Part shown: positions 38,184-44,988 of the stretch, piece after piece
Position numbering within the stretch: the first letter of the stretch is position 1
How the letters are laid out: each line of letters begins with the position of its first letter
Origin: Patescibacteria group bacterium
GTDB lineage: Bacteria; Patescibacteriota; Microgenomatia; UBA8517
Reading direction: 5' to 3'
Assembly: GCA_041742135.1 (NCBI GenBank)
Contig: JBGSJG010000004.1
Location: 299,773-363,772 of the forward strand
Length of the DNA stretch: 64,000 nucleotides
Position numbers and translations under genes: made by a program
Notes under the pieces: model-generated
Database searches by the model: none
Seen by the model: only the letters and a program-made list of their open reading frames with translations
What the model was told of the DNA's origin: nothing

Positions 38184-39266
38184 ATGAATAACGGAAATAC
38201 AAAGTTCATTATAGGCGGTGGTATATCGGGACTTATATACGGCTTCTATAATAGAGACTTTCAAATTATTTCACCTGACGTTGGAGGGAAGCTAAAAAAT
38301 AGCTATCTTACTTCTACAATACTTCTGCACGATACTCCAGAAACAAAAAGATTACTTCAAGACTTGAAAATAGTACCAGAACCAAAAGCACAGGTAATGC
38401 GATATTTCTATCAAGATAAGCTTCAAGAAAATATTCCAGCAAATCTAAAAGAGCTTATGGTTGCAAAGAAACTTACCCCTTGGGAAGAATTAAACAAACT
38501 TAATTTTGAATTTAAGATTACCGACACCACTCTTTCAACAGATGATGTATACATACCTATTTTTAAAATTTCTCTCGACAAAGTTATAAAAGCTCTAGCG
38601 AAAGAAGTAAAGATTGTAAAAGATAAAGTGGTAAGAATCACAGAAGACGAAATTATAACCGAAAAAGGACGCTATCGTTATACAGATCTGATTTCTACAA
38701 TACCAGCACCAGTCTTTTGGAAAATATATGGTCGAGAGAAAAATTTGAAGTCTTTACCTGAGACATTCGTATTAGCTAAATCTAATCCAGTAGAAAAAAC
38801 GAATTTGCATTGGGATCTAGTCTATTTCTTGGACAAGAAAATACCATATACACGGGTCAATAGATATTCAAACGATTCTTATTTATATGAGTTCACAGGT
38901 GAATTAAACAAAACTCAAATAAAGAAATTTCTGCCTAAAGCTGAAATTTTAAACGTTTATACTGATCGTTACGGAATTGTAATCACTGATCTTAACAATA
39001 TTCCTCCTCCCAATGTGCGTTTTGTTGGCAGATTTGCGACATGGAATCACACTTGTAAAGTTCAAGATGTTGTTAAAGATTCGATAGCAAGATATGATTT
39101 TCTTTCAATTTGGAATAAACAGAAAGAATTTAATGCCAACTTTTTCGATTTTAATGTACGTGATATCGAACTCCAACAAAAAACTAACCAAGGAGTTCGT
39201 ACTACATATAGAAGACGAAGCCCACGAACTTTTAAGAGAAGTGAATTGGAAAATGGGCCAATATAA
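38184..39266 (+). CDS. FAD/NAD(P)-binding Rossmann-fold protein, UDP-galactopyranose-mutase/amine-oxidase-like
   Basis: N-terminal dinucleotide-binding 'KFIIGGGISGLIYGF' (GxGxxG). C-terminal 'VRFVGRFATWNHTCKVQDVVKDSIA' resembles the Glf C-terminus 'FIGRLGTYRYLDMD..IA'. The last ~170 nt (39094-39266) overlap the MazG-like ORF in another frame and translate to low-quality sequence, so the true stop is uncertain. Confidence 0.5.
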   Translation: MNNGNTKFIIGGGISGLIYGFYNRDFQIISPDVGGKLKNSYLTSTILLHDTPETKRLLQDLKIVPEPKAQVMRYFYQDKLQENIPANLKELMVAKKLTPWEELNKLNFEFKITDTTLSTDDVYIPIFKISLDKVIKALAKEVKIVKDKVVRITEDEIITEKGRYRYTDLISTIPAPVFWKIYGREKNLKSLPETFVLAKSNPVEKTNLHWDLVYFLDKKIPYTRVNRYSNDSYLYEFTGELNKTQIKKFLPKAEILNVYTDRYGIVITDLNNIPPPNVRFVGRFATWNHTCKVQDVVKDSIARYDFLSIWNKQKEFNANFFDFNVRDIELQQKTNQGVRTTYRRRSPRTFKRSELENGPI

Positions 39267-39468
39267 ACATATAGAAGTTGATAGGGCAAGGTTATTAGAA
39301 GAGTGGATTGATGTTTTTAAGTATTGGCTTGGATTAGGTAATGTATGGGGATTTACTCTGGAAGATTTTGTAAATGAGTTTTGGAGAAAGTCGTCAATTG
39401 TGGATGAACGTTTTAAACAATATTTCAAAGATAAAAGTAAAAAAGATGATGACAAAAGCAGTGGTTAA
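39094..39468 (+). CDS. MazG-like / all-alpha NTP pyrophosphohydrolase (dimeric dUTPase-like)
   Basis: 'HIEDEAHELLREVNWK' (helix 1, ExxE) and 'RARLLEEWIDVFKYWLGLG...FTLEDFVNEFWRK' (helix 2, EExxD then K...R) match the MazG/dimeric-dUTPase core. The ORF is intact in frame 1 from ATG 39094, with alternative starts at 39133 and 39253. Confidence 0.55.
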   Translation: MIFFQFGINRKNLMPTFSILMYVISNSNKKLTKEFVLHIEDEAHELLREVNWKMGQYKHIEVDRARLLEEWIDVFKYWLGLGNVWGFTLEDFVNEFWRKSSIVDERFKQYFKDKSKKDDDKSSG

Positions 39469-39501
39469 TGTTACTATAGTCAATATTAAATTATAATTAA
39501 T

Positions 39502-40431
39502 ATGCCTCATAATCCAAAAGCAAAAATCCATAAAAAACCTGCTGAAGTATTAAAAGGTGAAACTCCTCGATCAGAATTTGCCGACTCTCTTGATTCTGTA
39601 AAAGTTGATTTAATTTATTATCCAGATTCGAAGATTGATCTAACGGCCTACGCTTTTCAAAAAGCAACCTGGATGACCGATCCTTATATTCCCAACAAAG
39701 ACAAAAAGAGAGATAAAGAAATACTTAAAGATTTAAAGATACATGCATTTGAGAAAAAAGGCCTTCCTTTATCTCTGGAGCTTTATGATTTTGTTTTTTC
39801 CGTTTCGGGGATAACCAGACTTGTCACTCACCAGATTGTGCGAAATAGGATAGGCGCAACTTATTCCCAACAGTGTTCGGGAGATAAAGACTGGAGACAT
39901 CATAGGGTTTTGGTTCCAAGAAGTATTTATAAAAACAAAAAGATTTATGAAAAATTTAGATCTCAAGTCCTTGAAAACAAAAAACTATATGCAGACATGT
40001 TAGATACAATGGAAGTTCCAGTATTGGATGCTAGGAGGATTCTTCCTCACTGTCTAGAAACATTTATTTACGTAAAGTTTAATTTAGTTACTTTAGCTAC
40101 TTTTATACCAAAAAGAGATTGTGTGCAGACTCAAGAACCTGAAATGGTAATGGTTGCTAGGAGGATGAGAGAGGCGGTATTGAAGAAATTCCCGAATATT
40201 GAACCCATGCTTAGGAATAAGTGTAAAGATGGTAAGTGCTTCTATACCTTATCCGACAGACAAGTAGGTACATCGATGTTTGTGCCAGATAAGGATCATG
40301 ATTTTGACTATAATAAAAACAACTTCTTTTATGATAAGACAGTCCGTCAAATGGTATATGACTTACCAAAAGTGCCAAATGAATATTATATCGGATCTGA
40401 AAAAGTAACGAAAAAGAACTTTTTGAAATGA
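39502..40431 (+). CDS. ThyX-like flavin-dependent thymidylate synthase homologue (divergent, extended)
   Basis: 'ITRLVTHQIVRNRIGATYSQQCSGD' aligns with the ThyX motif 'ARQWFRHRIASYNELSGRY'. 'ARRILPHCLETFIYVKFNLVTLATFIPKR' aligns with '[29 protein letters not shown]'. At 309 aa it is larger than ThyX (~220 aa), and RHR is replaced by RNR. Confidence 0.72.
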   Translation: MPHNPKAKIHKKPAEVLKGETPRSEFADSLDSVKVDLIYYPDSKIDLTAYAFQKATWMTDPYIPNKDKKRDKEILKDLKIHAFEKKGLPLSLELYDFVFSVSGITRLVTHQIVRNRIGATYSQQCSGDKDWRHHRVLVPRSIYKNKKIYEKFRSQVLENKKLYADMLDTMEVPVLDARRILPHCLETFIYVKFNLVTLATFIPKRDCVQTQEPEMVMVARRMREAVLKKFPNIEPMLRNKCKDGKCFYTLSDRQVGTSMFVPDKDHDFDYNKNNFFYDKTVRQMVYDLPKVPNEYYIGSEKVTKKNFLK

Positions 40432-40898
40432 CAGAACATGAACAGCGTATAACAATACTGTCATTTGAAGGTCCCGATAAGGTAGGTAAGTCCACCCTTA
40501 TTAGAGAAGTTAATAGAGCAGCCAACTATCGTTTTTTATGTATAGACCGTTTTACTGGTTCAGCCTGGGTCTATGATAAATTGTCTGGAAGAAGAGATAG
40601 AACTGATTCGATCAGTACGGCAGAGGGTGAGCTAAGCAGACTTGAAAATGTTGACGTTTTAAATGTACTACTTTCGTGCGATCCCGAAGTTCTTAGGGAA
40701 AGGATTAGACAAGAAGATGAATACAGTGATGCAAGGTTAGAGCATCTTGATCAGGCGTTAGAGTATTATAGGGAGTATGCCCAAGAGATAGCTAGACTGC
40801 CTATTATCGAGATAGATACAACTGACAAGTCGGTAGAAGATACTGTTCAAGAGATATTATCTAAAGTTGAATCATATGAGCAAAGCGATAATCGATAA
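40428..40898 (+). CDS. thymidylate-kinase-like P-loop dNMP kinase (shortened)
   Basis: P-loop 'ILSFEGPDKVGKST' resembles Tmk 'IxFEGxDGxGKTT'. 'LCIDRFTGSAWVY' resembles the Tmk DRY/DRH region. At 156 aa it lacks the ~55 aa NMP-binding insert of canonical Tmk. It overlaps the upstream stop (ATGA). Confidence 0.62.
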   Translation: MTEHEQRITILSFEGPDKVGKSTLIREVNRAANYRFLCIDRFTGSAWVYDKLSGRRDRTDSISTAEGELSRLENVDVLNVLLSCDPEVLRERIRQEDEYSDARLEHLDQALEYYREYAQEIARLPIIEIDTTDKSVEDTVQEILSKVESYEQSDNR

Positions 40899-41421
40899 AA
40901 TTCAAGAAATAACCGAATCCATAAAAAAAGATGGTAAGGAAGTGAATGGTACGAAAGAATTAAGTGGAGTTGTTATATCAAAACTTGATGTATCAAAAAT
41001 GGACTTGATCAAGGAAGAGAACGCAGTACGAGATTACTACTCAAAGCTTGGTATAAATACACAAGCCATCAGGAGTTTGGAACATAATCTATATGAGTTT
41101 ATTTATAGAGGATTAAGACAAGTGGTAGAACAAACTTTGTACTTCGATAAAATCCAGGACTATACCTCAAGAAGATTTGTTTTTTCTACGACCGATTGTA
41201 TTTCTCATGTGCAGATTCTCTATAGGCCAGGCCAAGCTGAGTTATTTATGTATGTAAGGAGTACTGATGTTGTAAAGCTTTTCCCTTGGGATATGCTTTT
41301 TGCTTGCAAATTACTAAATAGAGTTTTACTGGAATCTGGATTTCCCGAAGCCAAAAAGAGATTTGTTACGATTATGGTGGCTTCAGCCCATTTTTATCTT
41401 AAGCCAGCTGCAATGTACTAA
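40867..41421 (+). CDS. minimal thymidylate-synthase (ThyA) fold protein
   Basis: 'TSRRFVFS', 'DCISHVQ', 'LFMYVRSTDVVKLFPWDMLFACKLL' and 'SAHFY' align with the ThyA motifs 'SRRIIVSAWN', 'PCH.FFQFYV', '[26 protein letters not shown]' and 'DTHLY'. At 184 aa it lacks the ThyA C-terminal ~50 aa. Confidence 0.55.
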   Translation: MNHMSKAIIDKIQEITESIKKDGKEVNGTKELSGVVISKLDVSKMDLIKEENAVRDYYSKLGINTQAIRSLEHNLYEFIYRGLRQVVEQTLYFDKIQDYTSRRFVFSTTDCISHVQILYRPGQAELFMYVRSTDVVKLFPWDMLFACKLLNRVLLESGFPEAKKRFVTIMVASAHFYLKPAAMY

Positions 41422-41423
41422 TA

Positions 41424-42017
41424 ATGAAATATGAACGATTGACTGAGCTGAATACTCAAATTCAAGCAACTTCAAGGTGTGATAATGATACAACTCCTGT
41501 AATAAACGAATTGAGGCCTTCTCAGAGATATCTAATTATCAGTTCAGATCCATCTTCTGATACTGATAAAGACAAAGACGTATTAGATAAACACTCTGGT
41601 TTCGAAGAGAGGGTAATTTCTTTAGTGTTCTTTGGCTCTGATGATGCAGAGAGCTTGGAGCGAGTAAGAGCTGATTATCAAGGATATAAAGACAAATTTT
41701 TAAACAATTTTTATTGGACGCACTACTCCAAATGTTATGCAAAAGGTAATCCTGATAGTTTTTGGGCAGATAAGTTTCTGAAGCAAGAAATAGAGTTGTT
41801 TGAACCAGAATTAATTGTAATATTTGGCAGTAAACCAGCTGATTTCTTATTTGGGAAGGGCAAGCTAAAAGATAGGGTCAATACTGTAATGGAATATGAA
41901 GGTGTCCCCACAATTTGCTCGCTTCATCCTTCTAGAGATTGGAACATGTTTAGGAGAGAGGAATACGAATTTTCTGAAACTTGGGTTTTGATTCGTTCGA
42001 AAATAGATATAGAATAA
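41424..42017 (+). CDS. uracil-DNA glycosylase superfamily (family-4-like) protein lacking canonical motif A
   Basis: 'FYWTHYSKCYAKGNP' is close to 'YITNIVKCRPP'. 'WADKFLKQEIELFEPELIVIFGSKPADFLFG' is close to 'DKWLLKQIELIAPQIIVPLGAVAAEFFLG'. 'ICSLHPS' is close to the motif B 'HPAYLLR'. The motif A position reads 'LVFFGSDDAE' rather than 'GEGPG'. Confidence 0.58.
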   Translation: MKYERLTELNTQIQATSRCDNDTTPVINELRPSQRYLIISSDPSSDTDKDKDVLDKHSGFEERVISLVFFGSDDAESLERVRADYQGYKDKFLNNFYWTHYSKCYAKGNPDSFWADKFLKQEIELFEPELIVIFGSKPADFLFGKGKLKDRVNTVMEYEGVPTICSLHPSRDWNMFRREEYEFSETWVLIRSKIDIE

Positions 42018-42021
42018 AATT

Positions 42022-42477
42022 ATGAAACCATTACAAATCACCTCAGTTATTGTGGTATTAAAGTGTCAAGACAATTTTTTGCTAGTCCAAAGAAGTGATA
42101 ATGACGACATTTTTCCAGGTAAGTGGCAGAATATGGGTGGAAAGATTGAGCTTGGAGAAACAGTAGAAAATGCAATAAAAAGAGAAGTTAAAGAAGAAAT
42201 TGGTCTTGAGGTAAAATCTCATCCAATATTTTTACAAAGTTACTCTTGGAAGAAAGATGATGACTCTCCAGTAAGACTTGGGTTAATTTTTTTGATTAAT
42301 TTGGAAGGCAAACAAGATAATTATAAGATTCAGCTTGATGAAGAATTATCTAATTATGCTTGGGTTGATCTAAAAGAAGCTGAAGTAATGAATAAAGACG
42401 ACAAACTGATTGGTAAAGATAGTCCTACAGGCACTTTTGGGCAATTATCTCAAATTAAATTGCTTAATGGAAAATAA
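42022..42477 (+). CDS. Nudix hydrolase
   Basis: A complete Nudix box 'GGKIELGETVENAIKREVKEEIGL' (GX5EX7REUXEEXGU). Confidence 0.85.
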   Translation: MKPLQITSVIVVLKCQDNFLLVQRSDNDDIFPGKWQNMGGKIELGETVENAIKREVKEEIGLEVKSHPIFLQSYSWKKDDDSPVRLGLIFLINLEGKQDNYKIQLDEELSNYAWVDLKEAEVMNKDDKLIGKDSPTGTFGQLSQIKLLNGK

Positions 42478-43039
42478 AGTTAAAATCAGACTCAGATTGG
42501 TGATTATCAAGGAAGATAAACTTCTTGCATACTACGATTCAATAGATGATTACTATTTTTATATCGGAGGTAAACTTGAGTTTGGTGAGACTATTGAGGA
42601 TGGATGGAAAAGAGAAATAAAAGAAGAGCAAAGATACATCAAAGCCTATGGAGCTGAAATGATTGATTCTGAGCAATTGAAAGAATCTACCGAAGATTTG
42701 AAAAAGCAGAAAAAGTCTATTGAACAACAAATTTTATCAATGCAAAAAGACACTGTTGTTGAGCATTTTGACTATCCAGAAGACAAAGAAATTGAAGAAT
42801 TTTGCAAAATAGCCCATAAGGTTGTTGGTAATATGGGCTTTGAGGCTAAACAGTCAATTGTCCGAAAGGTGGTAGATACGATAGTAGGAACGCAAAACGA
42901 CATAAAAGTATATGGCCATTTACCCTTGAATACGAGTATAATTGCAAATGTATGGAAAGGAGGTATCCAAGATGTCAAGTTCGAAACTAGCAGTCGGAAT
43001 AGTTGGCTTACCAAATGTGGGGAAGTCCACGCTTTTTAA
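42467..43039 (+). CDS. Nudix-like protein with incomplete Nudix box (possibly degenerate)
   Basis: 'GGKLEFGETIEDGWKREIKEE' is not followed by xGU. The C-terminal half is charged and coiled-coil-like. The last ~67 nt overlap the ychF RBS and start. Start taken at MENKVKIR (42467). Confidence 0.35.
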   Translation: MENKVKIRLRLVIIKEDKLLAYYDSIDDYYFYIGGKLEFGETIEDGWKREIKEEQRYIKAYGAEMIDSEQLKESTEDLKKQKKSIEQQILSMQKDTVVEHFDYPEDKEIEEFCKIAHKVVGNMGFEAKQSIVRKVVDTIVGTQNDIKVYGHLPLNTSIIANVWKGGIQDVKFETSSRNSWLTKCGEVHAF

Positions 43040-43952
43040 CGCCCTTCTCAAGCGCCAGCAGGCTTATGTGGCGAATTTCCCGTTCGCGACCATCGAGCCT
43101 AATATTGGAGTGGTTCCAGTTCCTGATGCCCGCCTTGCAAAATTGGCCGCAATATATAACGCGCCGATTGTTCCTGCAACAATTGAGTTTGTTGATATCG
43201 CGGGCCTGATTGCTGGAGCTAGTAAAGGTGAGGGTCTGGGCAATAAATTTTTGTCACACATTCGTGAGGTTGATGCTATTTGCCATGTTGTGCGTGTCTT
43301 TAGTGACCCGGACATTATAAAGGAAGGCTCGGTTGACCCGAAGGCCGATTTTGAAACCATCAAGACTGAGCTTGATTTGGCCGACCTAGATACTGTTGAG
43401 CGGCATGAGAAAAAGAAAAATGCCAACGTTGAAGAGCTGCAGCTTTTCTCTAAAAAACCAATCCTTATCGTGTTAAATGTAGACGAAAACGATCTTCGTG
43501 ATGCCAACAAAATTGAGCTTAAATATGCACAAGAGCTTGGCCTTCACGCTTCGGCCGTTATTGCAATTTCTGCACGCGTCGAGTCTGAGCTTTCAAGTCT
43601 TTCTGAAAGCGATCAAGAGGCATATCTGTCGGATTTGGGAGTTACCGATTCGGGCCTTACGCGCTTAATCAAAAAAGCATTTGAGACGTTGGGATTAATT
43701 ACTTTTTTGACTGCTGGAGAGAAAGAAGTTCGTGCGTGGACAATCGATCGGGACATGAGAGCCCAAGACGCGGCGGGAGTGATTCACACTGATTTTATTA
43801 AAAATTTTATAAAAGCTGATGTGTGTAATTTTGATGATTTTGTAGAACTGGGTGGGTGGAAAGCTTGTCGTGAGGTGGGGAAAGTTAGAAGCGAAGGCCG
43901 TGATTACATTATGCAAGATGGCGACGTCGTTGAGTTTAAGATTGGGAATTAA
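42972..43952 (+). CDS. ychF: redox-regulated ribosome-binding ATPase YchF
   Basis: 'LAVGIVGLPNVGKSTLFNALL' G1, 'NFPFATIEPN', 'DIAGLI' and a C-terminal TGS domain. A strong RBS 'AAGGAGG' lies 7 nt upstream of ATG 42972. Confidence 0.9.
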   Translation: MSSSKLAVGIVGLPNVGKSTLFNALLKRQQAYVANFPFATIEPNIGVVPVPDARLAKLAAIYNAPIVPATIEFVDIAGLIAGASKGEGLGNKFLSHIREVDAICHVVRVFSDPDIIKEGSVDPKADFETIKTELDLADLDTVERHEKKKNANVEELQLFSKKPILIVLNVDENDLRDANKIELKYAQELGLHASAVIAISARVESELSSLSESDQEAYLSDLGVTDSGLTRLIKKAFETLGLITFLTAGEKEVRAWTIDRDMRAQDAAGVIHTDFIKNFIKADVCNFDDFVELGGWKACREVGKVRSEGRDYIMQDGDVVEFKIGN

Positions 43953-43972
43953 TATGTTATACTAGCCTCTGT

Positions 43973-44257
43973 ATGAAGTCGTACGAATTAACTATAGTAA
44001 TGCCCGGCAAGACCACTGCGGCAAAAAAGAAAGACCAACTTGAGCGCGTGGAGAAGATTGTGGAGGCAAGCGGCGGCAAGGTAGTCAAGACCGACGAGTG
44101 GGGAGTAAAAGACTTGGCTTATCCAATTAAAAAAGAAGAAGCAGGTCTTTTTATTGGTTTTGAAATAGAACTAACTGCCGCAAGTGTAAAAAGTGTTGCG
44201 GACAAGATCAAAACTGAAGAGAATATAATTAGACATATACTGATTGCAAAAGACTAA
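43973..44257 (+). CDS. rpsF: 30S ribosomal protein S6
   Basis: 94 aa with the 'YELTIVMPG...EWGVKDLAYPI' S6 pattern. It sits in the rpsF-ssb-rpsR order. Confidence 0.85.
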   Translation: MKSYELTIVMPGKTTAAKKKDQLERVEKIVEASGGKVVKTDEWGVKDLAYPIKKEEAGLFIGFEIELTAASVKSVADKIKTEENIIRHILIAKD

Positions 44258-44258
44258 A

Positions 44259-44732
44259 ATGGCAAGAAGCTTAAACCGAGTACAACTTATTGGCAACCTT
44301 ACACGCGATCCTGAGCTACGCTACACACCTGCTGGAACTGCGGTAACGACTTTTAGCATAGCTACTAACAGGCAATGGAAAACTGAGTCAGGGGAGCAAA
44401 AAGAGGATGCTGAATTTCACAGAATAGTAGCTTGGGACAAGTTGGCTGAGATTTGTTCTCAGTATTGCAAAAAAGGCAAGCAGGTCTATGTAGAAGGCCG
44501 TCTTCAGACCAGAAGTTGGCAGACAAAAGAAGGCGCAGATCGCCAGACTACAGAGATAGTTATTTCCGAGATGATTTTGCTCAGTGGTGGAGATGGTGCT
44601 CGAGTAAGCGACAGTAGTAATGACATTCCAGAAGATTTTGATGAAGCTAAGCCAGCAGCTCCAAAAGCTCAAAAACCTGAAAAGAAAAGCGCAGAAGCAC
44701 CTGAAGAAGAATCTGACGATATTCCATTTTAA
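44259..44732 (+). CDS. ssb: single-stranded DNA-binding protein
   Basis: OB-fold 'RVQLIGNLTRDPELRYTPAGTAVTTFSIATN' and the acidic C-terminal tail ending 'DDIPF'. Start at MARSLNRV. Confidence 0.9.
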   Translation: MARSLNRVQLIGNLTRDPELRYTPAGTAVTTFSIATNRQWKTESGEQKEDAEFHRIVAWDKLAEICSQYCKKGKQVYVEGRLQTRSWQTKEGADRQTTEIVISEMILLSGGDGARVSDSSNDIPEDFDEAKPAAPKAQKPEKKSAEAPEEESDDIPF

Positions 44733-44734
44733 TC

Positions 44735-44974
44735 ATGAAAAAATCAAAAAAGACCAGAAGGACAAATGAAATAAGGCTTGCTGTCCCCAAACAAAAGTTG
44801 GATTTTGAGCCTTCGTACAAGGGATATGAAAAACTTGCGAGGTTTATGAATGACCGCGCAAAAATCTATGGCCGTAAAAAAACTGGTCTTCCAGCGCGTG
44901 ATCAAAGAAAAATCACCCGAGAAATTAAACGTGCTCGAATCCTAGGGCTTCTTCCATATTCTTCAAGAGTCTAG
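44735..44974 (+). CDS. rpsR: 30S ribosomal protein S18
   Basis: 79 aa with 'FEPSYKGYEKLARFMNDRAKIYGRKKTGL...ITREIKRARILGLLPY'. Confidence 0.85.
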   Translation: MKKSKKTRRTNEIRLAVPKQKLDFEPSYKGYEKLARFMNDRAKIYGRKKTGLPARDQRKITREIKRARILGLLPYSSRV

Positions 44975-44988
44975 TAGAATGTTTTGGT

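Noticed and set aside
39094-39468. Interpreting the MazG-like ORF as a frameshifted dimeric dUTPase whose N-terminus lies in frame 0
   Set aside because: Frame 0 upstream ('FLSIWNKQKEFNANFF') superficially resembles the dUTPase_2 N-terminal helix. However, frame 1 is open from ATG 39094 through both MazG core helices, so an intact small MazG-like protein is the simpler reading. The overlap is reported as a finding instead.
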